Positions 38,361 to 52,020 of a DNA stretch of 64,000 nucleotides are shown piece by piece. Made by a program: the position numbers and the translations under genes. The stretch is from Eledone cirrhosa (lineage: Eukaryota). The notes beneath the pieces are model-generated. The model saw nothing but the letters and a program-made list of their open reading frames with translations, was not told the origin of the DNA and did no database searches. The DNA lies in assembly GCA_964016885.1 (NCBI GenBank), contig OZ024742.1, positions 296,794,001 through 296,858,000 of the forward strand, written 5' to 3'. The number at the start of each line of letters is the position of its first letter. Position 1 is the stretch's first letter.

Positions 38361-41289
38361 GGTTTGAAAATAAAGTTCTGTCAGTAAGTTTTAAATGATT
38401 AATTCTTCTAATAAATGGCAGAAATATTTTCTTGGGCTTTGTATAATTCCAAGACACAAGAACAGCGATATTTTGTGATGGATGTCAGATATTTTTACAT
38501 CAATTTAAAAAAATAATTTTTGTGTCATATTTATATTTTCTAAACTAATTTGTTCAAATGCATATTTTTAAATCCTCCAGAGGTTTTGTAAACTTATAAA
38601 TCATTAATAGACTCTGAGGGAGCCACCTGCTAAATATGATACTTCTATTCGTCTGGTAATGGTAATTTCACTATGTCACCTGACAAATAAGTCCTATCTA
38701 AACAATGATCTTTTATCCTATGCATTTCGAAATAAATCAATATTTAATTACTTTTAAATGGCAATATTTATAAATATGGAGTTTAAAACAGCACCTAGTG
38801 TTACATTGTATATTTTTTAAGTTAAAAAAAGGAAAAAGGAAAAGAGCTGATCATTAGATCAGAATAAACACTGTTTTCATTGATCTTTGTATTGATGATG
38901 AAGGAGGTGAGATTTGACCTCACAACACAGTGAACCAAATCAAAACATTCAGTTTGATTCTTTAACAATTCTGCCAATCTTCCACCATTGGACATCTACT
39001 TTACCTTTTGACTTTAAAAGGATGAAAAGCAAGATTGATTTCAGTTGAATTTCAGCTTGGAGCTCAGAGAGCTGAAACAAACAACACTTTAATAATTCTG
39101 CCAATTCACCAGCCTGACTGCTAATTTTACACGACTTTCCAATTTAACTAGGTACTAATTTTCAGCATTCATAGTTTATTGATCAAGTATGCGTAAACAT
39201 AAAAAAATGTTCTTTAGTTAGTATTATACTGAAAATGCATAAATTAAAATTCCATTGTCATAAACATTATTCATATGGACAAGAATATAAGTGAAATGAT
39301 GTTTTAATAAGAAATACAAATTGCTTAGCAACAGAAAAAATCCAGAGCTTTTATCTAATTGACAGCTTTCTGTTGTTACGTATATAGTTATCTAATATAT
39401 GTCATAAAGCATCTTTACATGATTTTTGCATAACTGTGAGTCTTTAGGGCTAATAACAGAGATATTTGAAGAAGAATGTATTCTGTTTATTTCATTTCTA
39501 ATTTCTAAATGTTCGTTTTCCTATTAATCATAGTAAGAATGAAATATCTTGGGTTTCCCAATGTAACTTTTAGGCATCTAACTTAGTTGAATTAGATGAA
39601 ATAGATGTAATATTATACTAATTATAAATCAGGTTACATTCTGAACCAGTATTGATTTTACATTATGCGATGTGGAATTGCATACTTTATTGTCCTTATT
39701 TAATTAATCAACTCACACTTTGTTCCAAAGGTAGATAAAGGAAACCGGTATGTCACTATGGTTATTGCCTTATGAAAAACACAGACTAAAAATATGTTAT
39801 TTTGAAAATTCACTGTTATAGTAATAAACCAAAACTAACAAAACGAAACTCAGTCCTTTGAAATCACCCGAGGAAAGGGAGAATATGACAATAAAATAAA
39901 ACATAGGAGGCATATTTGTCATAGTTAAACTTGGATGAAAGTGTGATGAACTATTTTTACATAAAAATATCAGATGAAATGGTAAATGATACAACTTTAT
40001 ATCAACCGAATACACATTTGCACAAAACACATATAAAATTATATATAACATTTTTATCAGGTTGTTATAGACATTAACTCAAAACACATTTTATAAGTGT
40101 AACTATATATTGTTGTAGATATAGATAGAAAACACATTTATATGTGTAACTATAAGTAGCATTTATACCAGATTGTTATAGAATATAGGGAAAGCTAAAT
40201 TGTGCACATTTATATGCATTAAACATTTCGTACATCCTTTAGTGGAATAGAAATAAGTCCGATTCAGGTTCAAATATTAAACAGCTGCTTCAAAGGTCTT
40301 TGTCAAAGAAATTTAAGTAGCAGGTAACAGCTTAAAGGAAACCATGATTACAAGTTGTGCTGTTGATGAAAATGCTGATACACATGTCACTGAAATTGAT
40401 ATATCAGCTGATTTTAATGAACATATGCAATAAGTCAAATTTTCTGTATGTGAGTTCAAATTACTGTCACAACCGAATTAAAGAAAATATATTGATCAAA
40501 TAACTTAATTTTTCCAGAAAGCAACAGGGTAGTTTTGTGTCTTTAAATCTAAGAAAATTTTTCAATCATCTTTTTAAAAGTTGTTTCTTAATTTAGCGAA
40601 AATTTGTGAAGATTTGAAGAAGTTTATTGTCAGTAACAGGGAAAACGGAATTTTGAATGGTGTTACTTATTTGAATATAGTATCTACAGCATCTATTTCT
40701 TAAAATAACATTCAGTCTTTAAAGGTACCTTTAGATCAATAGTCTTTCCAAGCAGCCACTGAACTTTCCATCTTCATCCAAGTTGATGGAAATAAACCAT
40801 ATCATTTTCAGCATACACCAATTTCTGATGCTTCTGATGGAATATTTTAAATTGCCTTGACTCTCTCTATTCCCCCATCCCTACACTAATGATATGCATG
40901 ATATATTGATACAAACTCACTATTCCGATTCTGCTTTCTCTGAGGTATGTGCAGTAGTCCCTATCCTCATATAAGTTACATATGACATATTTTCAATTCA
41001 TATTTTATATAATAGCTTAGAGAGATATAAATATCCCATCTATTCCAAATATACATCACTATTAGATCTTTTAATCTAATAACACACAACTATGAATAAT
41101 TGATGTATGTTGTCAATTATATTGATTATTTGTAAGGGTTGCATAAAAAACTGTACTCTTATCCTACTGTTGGTCTTAAAGAGATTAGGCTTTAAGTATT
41201 TACATTGTCAATGTCCTCCATTGCAACAAACATCTAAAGTTGAACATCTAGTGCTGCCCAGTAATATTCATGAATCGATTATATTTTGA

Positions 41290-41640
41290 CATCTTTTCAT
41301 TGTCGATCAACAATGTATAAATCATAAAAGTGGTAAATCAAAGGATGGATACATTTCTCTGCCTACAACCAAATTACACCCAGAACATGAATCGTATAGG
41401 CAGGGACTCAATTCTATTTATGAACATCAACATCAAAAAAGCTGCAGTAGTCACATGCAAGCCAAGATATTTCAAGTAGACATGGTGTGTTTCATGGCAC
41501 ACACCACACAAAAATGCATATCACTGGGTATAGTTACGAGCAAAGTTTTGAGTTAAGGAGGAAAATGCAACAGGTTCTCATCTATAAGATTTCCTAGAGC
41601 TGGGTTGTTGTGAAAAAAAGGATTAAGAAACTGTCAGCAG
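41290..41640 (+). mobile_element. Decayed pogo/Tigger-like DDE transposase remnant
   Basis: Frame FLCLQPNYTQNMNRIGQGL resembles the FLPPNTTSxIQPMDQGI motif. Confidence 0.35.
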
Positions 41641-41798
41641 AGTAACAATAAAGATTGACCAATATAGATTCCTACTGGATTTGTAACTTTAGGTATTACA
41701 TTTTTCAAGAAACCAATTGTTCTTTCAATGTCTTGTTGCTTTGGCAGTGTAGAGCTACATGCATCAGTTGCATGAAGATACAACAAAATATTCAGAGA

Positions 41799-42050
41799 TT
41801 GGAACACATTGCTCCTTCTTATTTCACACGGAGAGAACTGTGTGTGACAAACAAGATTTTGACATGGCATAATATTCTGACATTGAAACACTTTGTTAAA
41901 TAATTCCTGCTTTTCACTTCACATGGAGAGAGAAGAAATGTGTGTGACAAACAGTATTTTGACATGGCATAATATTCTGACATTGGAACACTTCGTCAAA
42001 CAATTCCTTCTTATTTCACATGTGTGACAAACATAATTTTGACATTGCAC
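41799..42050. repeat. About 100-bp minisatellite, roughly 2.5-3 copies
   Basis: TGTGTGACAAACA...TTTTGACATGGCATAATATTCTGACATTG recurs. Confidence 0.9.
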
Positions 42051-43039
42051 TATGACATAAGCAAATTTTATCAGGAAACAATAGCAGAGGCTAAACTGTA
42101 ATAATATAGCTAAAATCTGAAATCCTGACTGTTTATATTTAATCTCAGTAGGTAATCAAAAATAAGATAAGGATCTCATGCTTCTATCTCACTAACCAAT
42201 ACAGACATCCCCAAGTGACGAGGTTTATACTGAAAATGTTCATGGACATTCATTATTAAATTTGTGTTTTCCAATGCAAGAATGATTAAATATTTGTAGT
42301 TCGTGTTCAACAATTTCGCTTGTGTTCAATGTAAGTACATTCACTTTGCTTTCATTTACAGATAATAAAATATCTACACATACACCATACTCTTCCTTGT
42401 CAATGCATCTAGCTGTGCATTATGGCTATAATGCAACAGCAACAATATATTTCATACATTCTCTGGTTTAGATATATTGGTACAGATGTGAAATTTGAAC
42501 TAAATTTTATGCTATCTCCACTACATACAAGTAAAGTGTATTCATGATTGGTTCGAGATTGTCAAAAGGTGGAGTTCTCCTATTTACTTGTATCTATGTG
42601 TGTGTGCATGTGTATGTATGCATGTTTTGTCCATTTTTATTAATTTTGAGTTTATTTTTGACTGTCCTCTCTCTTGATGGCAAGGTTGTAAAAACGAAGA
42701 AAATTACAGTTCTCGCTTGTGCAATATTTCATCCTTTGAATTGCAAAATATTTTACAAATTTTGAAGGTTCTAGTTATCATGGTCAATATGTATGTGTGT
42801 ATGTATGATATGTCAGGTTGCTCTTCGATGCTGCTGGTAACATGTAACCCAGTACAACCTGTGCATGGTCAGGTCGTCAGCAACTAAACCAGCAACTCCA
42901 CCAAGCTTGCTTCGTGAGGAGGGTGAATTTCAACACCCTATGGGATGAAAAACAAAACCCATCAAAGGCCGGAGGAACCCAGGAGAGTCAAAGACCAGCA
43001 AATGTTTTTTTTGCAGCCATCATCGTGTATGTATATATG

Positions 43040-43800
43040 TATTGTGGATTTTTATTGCCCAAACTATAGTGATCCTCTGTAGTCTATGAATTATGGACCT
43101 GCCTGCTTTATCCAAAAATCCAAGCCCAGCCATTCTTTGCATAATTTACATTCGCAGTCATCTAATGCTGTCTAAATTTTGCATTGAAGGTAGTTGGTAG
43201 GGTGGGCTTTCTTGCTCCTTGATTACATGGTTACTTCAAGGTGAGATGTGATAAACTTGTCAGTGCCCCATACCAGGATTTTAGTGTGGTTTATTCCATT
43301 TATTGTCAGGGATTATTTCAAGTATCCTAGTACAACCTTCTTATAAACTTGTCTATTTTATATTTATTTTGTTAGTTTCAGTATCATTTAACAATGTTCC
43401 ATATAGAGAGATCAGTGTTAGATTTTTATTTCATGAATCCCTTCAAGTTCATTTGCTGTTCTACTGACGTTTTTATTTCCGTGCTTGCTCACATAAGTGA
43501 GATAGTTAGTAGGTTATATCTACTGGACCAGTTGTTTCCGGGAGATAATCTGGAATTTATATGAAGTTAATTGGGATATTGCCCACTTTGAGCAGAAAAT
43601 ATAGTCTGTCAACAGTCCTATTGATGTTGAACTTTCTAGCACATTAAGCAGTTTCTTACTTCTTACATCCATCTCATTAATTTCGTTTAGAGTAGAAGCA
43701 ATGGGTTTCAGCAAGGAAATTAAGATAGAAAGGATAGGAGGGAGATTTGTGTATAGATTATAAGAGATGCTTAAAAATAATTTCCACTTCATATATTGAG
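43040..43800 (-). mobile_element. Degenerate R4/Dong-like non-LTR retrotransposon fragment
   Basis: NEINEMDVRSKKLL...VDRLYFL resembles the R4-clade LDRKTRKxL...DVDRLYLPR motif. Confidence 0.5.
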
Positions 43801-43922
43801 TATTTTTCTGGTGTTTGTACACACAAATATACATACACTATCATTGTTAACAAGGAAAATGGATAGTAAATGATGTTACACACACACACACACATATATA
43901 TATATGTATATACATATATATA

Positions 43923-43953
<31 letters not shown>

Positions 43954-43994
43954 GTATATACATATATATATGTGTATATATATATATATATATA

Positions 43995-44686
43995 CTAGCA
44001 GAATGGCCTGGCGTTGCTCAGGCTTCTAAACATAGATTGGCATGTTTATCCTTCCTTTCTGAAACAGTACAGAGAAGTATGGAATACCTCAGCCTGAGGA
44101 TGGTGTCTACATTTTGTGCGTATAAAAACAATTCGTCATAAAATGTTCAACCCACGAAAGCCAAGACGATGGGGTTAAGTAAAAAGGCATTCGACAAACC
44201 GAACATGTATTTGTTGCACTATGGTACAGTGACAGCAATAGTTACAGAGCAGTAAGTATGTGGGACTGCAGTGGTGGAGAGCATGAAGGAATTTAGTTGG
44301 ATACTTTTAAGGTTACAAAAATCTACCCAATCTGATATAGACTGAACTGTTATATCAGATGCCGAACGCTTCAGAGTTACTATTGGGGTCACCATCAACA
44401 ATTTCAAGGGATATACGTTTAAGTAGGGATAATATAGTCTATAAAGAGAGGTAACTCTTTCAAAATACTAAAGAGTTGTCTCTCTTGAACATTGTAGACA
44501 AAATTTCCGAACTAACTGACAAAAAGGGCTTAAAGTTTTAGTGAAAAAACCGCCTTTAACAACAGAAAATTGAAAAATAAAAGCTGCAGTTAATATCTTT
44601 AGACCAGAAGGGATATATAAATGCAAGTTTGAAGTCAATCGGAGTAGAAATGTCGATTTGTATAGTCTTTGCCAAAATTAGGACAC

Positions 44687-44751
<65 letters not shown>

Positions 44752-44777
44752 ACTTCAGTTTTATATATATGTATAGA
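43995..44777 (-). mobile_element. Non-autonomous Helitron
   Basis: Minus strand: A|TC start at 44777 and CTAG|T end at 43995, with subterminal hairpin GCCTGGCGTTGCTCAGGC (44006-44023). Internal (CA)n near the 5' end. Confidence 0.75.
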
Positions 44778-45199
44778 TATCTATACAGACATATGCACTC
44801 ATACAAACATATATGTACATATTTATATAATAGATATACATATATTTAGATAATGGCTTCTAATCTACGTTTCTGGAGGGATGAAACACAAAGTTGACTT
44901 CTGTGGGCTTTGAATGGAAAGAACTAGAATAAGTGCTGCAATCTGCATGTGAATGTGCTTGAATGTATGTTTGGCTTTACAAATAAGAAAAAATACTAAT
45001 GTAAAAATGGAGTATATATATTTTAAGAGTCTACATTGGTGCAAGCTCAGCTCCAGATCCTTTAGAGTGACAACTCCATTCCACAAAAATCGTCACTTCT
45101 TCAGATATGCGAGTTTACATGGGTGGTCCCATCCAAACTATATATATATATGTTACTTGGTAAATCCACATGTATGCTGAGGGTGTTGCTATATTATAT

Positions 45200-45870
45200 C
45201 ATTGCATGTAAGAGTCAATATTTCATCAGCCGTTGAAGTTACTCTGTAGGGGATTTGCCCTCTTCTACCATGATATCAGAGTCTGCCACCATGTATGTAT
45301 CAAAGCAACTGCATAATATCACAAAATTAGAAGAATCTGATGTTGTCTCCATTCACCTCAATGCTCTAAAAATGCATGAAATTCAATAAGATTGATATCA
45401 TGACTTCAAGAGGGACATCTCAATTCATCTTCATGTGTCAAGCACACAATTTGTCTTCTCCCTTGAGCTAGATGTAGCAGCTCAATTTTTCAGTTATATC
45501 CGATAATGTCCTTGAAAGGTGTTTCCTTACTTTTACCATGAGTCCAAGATCCTTGAGAAGTGAGTCAACCCAGGATCTGACAAATCTGATACCTATCTCT
45601 ACAGGGAGGTATGATGCTTCCCAACTTACTGATTCACAAAGTCCAACTAACCTGCAGTACGTTCAGGCTTTACTGTTGAATGTATCAATATTGTTTGCCT
45701 CCCAGGAGACATTAAATTCCACCATCTTTATTACCTACTTTTCCTTGCACAGCATGATGAGTTTGGGTCCCTTGGTGGTAAAAAGCAAGAAGTGTAATTT
45801 GCTGACCATTTCGAATGAGATCCCCCCACCCAATCCCTTCCCATTTGGATGCATTTTCAGTCAGCTATTT
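45200..45870 (-). mobile_element. Old RTE/BovB-like ORF2 remnant
   Basis: Decayed YLGxT...WENDNLT..KM...LYGS patterns on the minus strand. Confidence 0.5.
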
Positions 45871-46355
45871 TGATATATATACATGAAATGATTTGGAGCA
45901 TTGAGTGTGTAAATATTTCATAAATTGTTGGAATAACTGTAAAACAATCATGTGTTACGATGATCATAATTTGTTCTTTTGTGTTTTTCAACTTACTTTC
46001 TCCACTGCTATCCCATTCTTATTTCTCTAAGCCAACATATATGCTCTGTCCCTCTCATCCCTTCTTTTCTTCACACTCTCTCTATCTTTCTCCCTCCTAA
46101 CTTTTTTTCTCTTGCTCTTCTTCTCTGATCACTCTTCCATTCATTAAGAGGCTTTGTTTAACTCAACTCTTTGCTATGATCGTCATAGCAGCTGACTGTT
46201 TTACAGCTATTTCTACATTCAAGATTTCTACAACTTACAATATATATATATTTGATGATGATATGTATATATATATATATATATCATCATCATCATCATC
46301 ATCATTTTACGTCTGCTTTTCCCTGCTTGATGATGATGATGATGATATATATATA

Positions 46356-46545
46356 AGTTTATCCCGGGTTCAATTGGGGGTAACCACAGTAAGCAAGCTA
46401 CTCAATACAAAGCAGAGTATAAATATTTAATATAGAAAGGCTTCTACAGGACTAGAACTGTTTCATTCGGGAGAAATCATCAGCCTGATGATTTCTCCCG
46501 AATGAAACAGTTCTAGTCCTGTAGAAGCCATTCTATATTAAATAT
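46356..46545. mobile_element. Palindromic hammerhead-core element between (TA)n tracts
   Basis: 123-bp palindrome 46423-46545 centred on 46484 (1 mismatch); CTGATGA-TTTCTCCCGAAT-GAAAC-AGTTCTA-GTC at 46485-46518, mirrored on the minus strand. Confidence 0.75.
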
Positions 46546-46596
46546 ATATATGCATATGTATATATATATATATGCATATGTATATATGTATATATG

Positions 46597-46708
<112 letters not shown>

Positions 46709-46732
46709 ATATGTATATATATATATATATAT

Positions 46733-48115
46733 ACAAGAGTAATAGCGCAACTAATCAGAGAGAGAATTGACCTAGATGAAATGCAGTTCGGGTTTGTGTC
46801 AGGCAAAAGTACCACAGACGCTCTTTTCATAGTACGACAACTACAGGAGAAGTACCTAGCTAAAGGTAAACCCCTCTACTTAGCTTTTGTCGACTTGGAG
46901 AAAGCCTTCGACAGAGTCCCCCGCTCCATTATCTGGTGGGCTCTTAGAAAACTAGGCGTTGACGAATGGCTTGTGAGGGCTATACAAGCCATGTATAAAG
47001 AAACAGTCAGCAAGGTTAGAATTAACAACGAATATAGTGAAGAGTTTAGCGTAAAAGTTGGCGTCCATCAGGGCTCTGTTCTCAGTCCACTACTATTTAT
47101 TATTGCCCTTCAGGCTATAACAGAGGAGTTCAAGACAGGCTGCCCATGGGAACTCCTATACGCAGACGACCTGACACTCATAGCGGAATCAATGGCCGAG
47201 CTAGAGAAGAAATTCCAAACATGGAAGCACGGCCTAGAGTCAAAAGGACTTAAAATTAACCTGGCTAAGACCAAAGTACTAGTTTGTAGGAAAGAAAACA
47301 AGGCGGCGGTCCCTTCTGGGAAATGGTCGTGCTCGGTGTGTAGGAAAGGCGTAGGTAGAAACTCCATTTTATGTCCTAAATGCAAAGTATGGGTGCATAA
47401 AAGATGTAGTGGGATCACAGGTAAGCTAACTAAGAACATAGATTTTGCATGTGGCCGGTGCTCTGGTGCAATAAGTAGCAGCAAGTGCCCACAAACTACT
47501 AGCTCTTTCAATTGCGCAGAGGGTTCTATAGAAATAGTGGACAGCTTCCGTTACCTGGGCGATAAAATCAGCAGTGGGGGAGGGTGCTCTGAAAGTACTG
47601 TAGCTAGAGTCAGAACTGGTTGGAAAAAGTTCAGAGAGCTTATACCACTATTAGCTGCTAAAGGGTTCTCACTAAAAATGAAAGGCAGGTTGTACGATGC
47701 CTGCATACGAACAGCAATGCTGCATGGCAGTGAGACCTGGGCATTGTGTGCAGAGGATATACGCAGACTAGAGAGGAACGAAGCTTGCATGCTCCGCTGG
47801 ATGTGTAACAGTAATATACGTGAACGGCAAAGCATAAACGAACTAAGGAAAAAATTAGAGATAAGAGGGATCAGATGTTGTTTACTCGAGAGAAGGCTAC
47901 GTTGGTATGGACACGTGATGCGCATGAAAGTCGATAGCTGTATAACAAAGTGCAGGGCAATAAAGATAGACGGTAGTCACGGAATAGGCAGACCTAGAAA
48001 AACCTGGGACGAGCTGATAAACTCCGACATCACACACTTACACCTCTCCAAGACAATGTCACTGGACCGAGACCTTTGGCGGTACTCAGTAACAGAGAAG
48101 ACCCGCCTTACCTAA
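46733..48115 (+). CDS. RTE ORF2 reverse transcriptase (partial, lacks the endonuclease)
   Basis: ORF track 46550-48115; the first ~60 aa are translated (TA)n and not part of the protein. Confidence 0.85.
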   Translation, partial: TRVIAQLIRERIDLDEMQFGFVSGKSTTDALFIVRQLQEKYLAKGKPLYLAFVDLEKAFDRVPRSIIWWALRKLGVDEWLVRAIQAMYKETVSKVRINNEYSEEFSVKVGVHQGSVLSPLLFIIALQAITEEFKTGCPWELLYADDLTLIAESMAELEKKFQTWKHGLESKGLKINLAKTKVLVCRKENKAAVPSGKWSCSVCRKGVGRNSILCPKCKVWVHKRCSGITGKLTKNIDFACGRCSGAISSSKCPQTTSSFNCAEGSIEIVDSFRYLGDKISSGGGCSESTVARVRTGWKKFRELIPLLAAKGFSLKMKGRLYDACIRTAMLHGSETWALCAEDIRRLERNEACMLRWMCNSNIRERQSINELRKKLEIRGIRCCLLERRLRWYGHVMRMKVDSCITKCRAIKIDGSHGIGRPRKTWDELINSDITHLHLSKTMSLDRDLWRYSVTEKTRLT

Positions 48116-48517
48116 ATATATAGTAAAACCTACTCCAGCCAGTAGGCATCTCTAACAAAATACACCCCGTCCCACCACCCCCACCCCCACCCGATCCACA
48201 CCACCCCGTTCTATGTAAAGTTATGTTGGTGCCGCGCCTTCGAGGCCGAAACAAATGAGATCGTGTAGGTGTCACGACAAAAAAACACACAGTCCACGCT
48301 GTAATGTGGCCGTGTAGGCAACACGGTAAAAACCTCCCAGACCCACACTGTAAATGTGGTTGGTGTTAGGAAGGGCATCCAACTGTAGAAAACCTGCCAG
48401 ACAGTCCTATGCGAGCAAGACAATCACTCTTGCCTCAAGTGGGACTACCCCCGTCCAAACCCATGCAAGCGTGGAACACGGACGTTAAACGTTGATGATG
48501 ATGATGATGATGATGAT
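46733..48517 (+). mobile_element. RTE LINE family B, 5'-truncated, RT frame still open
   Basis: Uninterrupted frame to 48115 with [33 protein letters not shown]; 3' UTR; (GAT)n tail; (TA)n on both sides. Confidence 0.97.
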
Positions 48518-48519
48518 AC

Positions 48520-48584
<65 letters not shown>

Positions 48585-48660
48585 CATATGTATATATATA
48601 TATATATATATACATATGTATATATATATATATATACATATGTATATAATTATATATACG

Positions 48661-48733
<73 letters not shown>

Positions 48734-48999
48734 ACAGTTTCTAGAAGCTGAACATTTATCTGGAAGGAGAAGAATCTCTGGTGAAGGAACTCACTGAAAA
48801 GTGGCGACCTGAAGCATGGTAGTGCTTTTCTGTTTCAGTTGGCAATAAATTCTGTCTAAGAAGCCACTGTATAAATGTGTATTTGTCCATGTCACCATTG
48901 TTTGGTTGAGTGGATGTAGTAGAATGTGAGAGATAAGAGACAAAAGTACTTTGTCATTGTCAAATATATAACAAGGACTTCTAAATGACTAACTGACCA

Positions 49000-50036
49000 A
49001 TATCTCATCACCATCATTGCACCACAACCACAACAGACATTAACACCATCTTTCTCATAGATACTACCACCCATAATATCATCATCCCCACCACCACCAC
49101 CAGTACCACCCACACCATCATCATCCCCCCACCACCATCAACACCACAATTTACTGATGCTATTTCTTTCCCTTTCTCAGCCACATTATCAATATTATCA
49201 CAATCTTTATCATAGCCACTACCACCTAAAGCATCCCCACCACCACCATCACCACCACTACCTCTACCCATACCATCATCATCCCCACCACCACTACATA
49301 CCATCCCTCCCCACCACCATAAACATTATCAATATTATCATCATCTCTCTCATAGCCGCTACCATCCATACCATCATTATATCCACCACCACCATCATCA
49401 CAACAACCACCACCATCATGACCATTGCCGCCACCACCACACCACCACCACAACCAACACCATCACCACCACCATCACCACACCCATCATACCCACCACC
49501 ACCACCACCACCACCACCATCATCACCAACACCATCACCGTCACCATCACCACCATCACCACCATTACCATCACCACTATCACCACCACAACCCCTATCA
49601 CCACCATCACTACAACCACAACTACCACCACCAACACCACAACCACTAAAACCCATACCATCACCACCTCCACCACTGCAGCCACTACCACCCATACCAT
49701 CATCATCCCAACAACCACCAGCACCACCACTTTCACCACCACCACCACCACAATTTACTGATGCTATTTCTCTCCCTTTCTCTCTTTCATTCAATTCTTC
49801 AAACTATATTGGTTGAAGAGAAAGAGAAAAAGGAAAGGAAGAATTGATTCTTGATGATTTTTAGTCAAATAGAATTTTGTTTTGTTTTCAACAATGATAT
49901 TGTATTGCAATGATACTGCAGTGGTACTGCTTGCTGTCATCATCATCATCATCATCATCTTAATCATCATCATCATCATCTTAGTCATCTTAATCATCAT
50001 CATCGTCTTAATCATCATCTTAATCATCATCATCTT

Positions 50037-50068
<32 letters not shown>

Positions 50069-50111
50069 ACAAAAGCATCATCATCAACAACATCATTATC
50101 ATCATCATCTT

Positions 50112-50172
<61 letters not shown>

Positions 50173-50412
50173 TTAGTCATCGTAATCATCATCAACAACA
50201 TCATCAGAATCATCATCATCTTAGTCATCTTAATCATCATCAACATCATCATTTTAGTGATCTTAATCATCATCATCTTAATCATCATCATCATCATCTT
50301 AATCAACATCATCAGCAAAATTATCATCATTATCATCATTATCATCATCATCATCATCATCTTAATCATCATCATCATCAGCATTATCACCACCACCACC
50401 ACCACCTTACCA

Positions 50413-50443
<31 letters not shown>

Positions 50444-50600
50444 GATCATCAGCATTATCATCATCATCATCAATATCATTGTCATCAACGTCATCATCAT
50501 CATTATCATCATCATCAATATCATCATCATCAACATTGTCATCAACAGCAACGCCTGCAGCAACACTAACACCAATGATACCAACAGTAGCATCATCATT
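49000..50600. repeat. Compound (CAC)n/(CAT)n low-complexity array with higher-order duplication
   Basis: Trinucleotide arrays; CCACAATTTACTGATGCTATTTCT(T/C)CCCTTTCTC repeated at about 49145 and 49748. Confidence 0.95.
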
Positions 50601-51099
50601 AAAAATAAAGTCCAACACCATAACCACCCAGGGGACTTTCCTAAACATCCCTCCCTCTAGCTCTCTCTCCTTGTCTTTCAAACACACAGGCACTCTCATA
50701 CATACACATATACACACAAACACTTGCACACACACACACATAGACACACACTTCTATCCTCATTTGAATCAGGTTTGTCCACTAGAGGAACAACCTCCTT
50801 TATCTTATAGTGGAAAAAATGAAGGGGAACCTAAAATAACAAAATTAAAGGTACAAAAACTAAAAAAAGTTGTATCACACTATCACACTCTAGAAAACAG
50901 CAAAACCACATCTACACCAAACACAGTTACATCTGAAGCAGCACCAAATCCACAACTACTTTCACCACCAACCAAGCCACTACCTCTGCAACAAAAAGGA
51001 AGCATGCAAAAGAACAACACAAACACACAGACACTGAAATACAACAACAACTATAGATACACCAAGCTGTGTGCTTATTGGGAAGGACAAAGAACAAAA

Positions 51100-52020
51100 G
51101 AAGGACACTGAAACAGCAGAGGAGGTTTTCTCTATCAGCACTTTCAAGGTGGAACATTTTAAAACAATAAGGATGTCTGTGAAGACATACAAATCTAAAA
51201 GGAAGATTTCCCCACAAGACATTGGGGACCTAAATATCAAGGTCACCAATTGGCTTCTAAAGGGTTTCCCAAAAGGAACATGGAGATTGAGCCACACCAC
51301 ACAGTTTCCAACAGCACCAGGAGGGTAAATAAAACCTGCCAATTTTTCTCATCATTCTTTCCAGCCAGCATGGAATCTACAAGTATAAGATGCATAAATG
51401 CACATGGCCTGAGGTTATCCTGGAAGCAAGGTTACTTGCTCAATGACCTCAGGTTACTCACTATAGATGTGACAGCTGTGGCAAGAAGAGAATTTCTGAT
51501 TCATGAGTTCTAGCACCCATTTTTTATAACTTTAAGATTTACATCTCTCTTTGACTCAGTTGTAGTCATGAGTCAACAAAGACTGGGACTGGGTACCTGG
51601 CATCTGGAATATGGGTAGGTACCCAATTCCTCTACTAGTTGGGCAATGCAGTCGGTAAAAGTTCCATGTTAGCATTCTATATAGATCTAGGGCAAGAATG
51701 ACAATGTTCTTGAAGAAACTCTAGATATTGACCAGAACGAACTCCTTAGTCCTTTTCAGAGGACTTTTTTGGTCCTGAGACAGCTGTAACAGGGACATCT
51801 GGACAAGAAACAAGTAGATGAGGCTGAAAAGAATGAAGACAGAGAGTCATGCATCTTCAACTAAGCCTTCATTGACTTTTTCAAGTTCTACTCTTCTACT
51901 TGGAAAAGAAGGTGAGGGTAGAAAGGGACAGCCTTTCCTCTCACCCAGACTGGGCAATCATGTAACAACCTCTTTAGTACTGGTGTCTTGCAAAATGCAC
52001 ATATGCAGCCTTTAATGTGG
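51100..52020 (+). mobile_element. Degenerate APE-type LINE remnant
   Basis: IGDLNIKVTNW resembles the endonuclease GDFNAHHxxW motif; TTQFPTAPG resembles the PTRFP-like motif. Confidence 0.4.

Noticed and set aside
41799-42050. Repeat-spacer appearance (also 57375-57681) suggesting a CRISPR array
   Set aside because: The intervening sequences are homologous to each other, the context is eukaryotic and there are no cas genes; these are ordinary minisatellites.
49157-51111. 219-, 318- and 409-aa ORFs (extensin-like or poly-Ile/Met)
   Set aside because: Translations of (CAC)n/(CAT)n microsatellites, open on both strands, with no domain or splice support.
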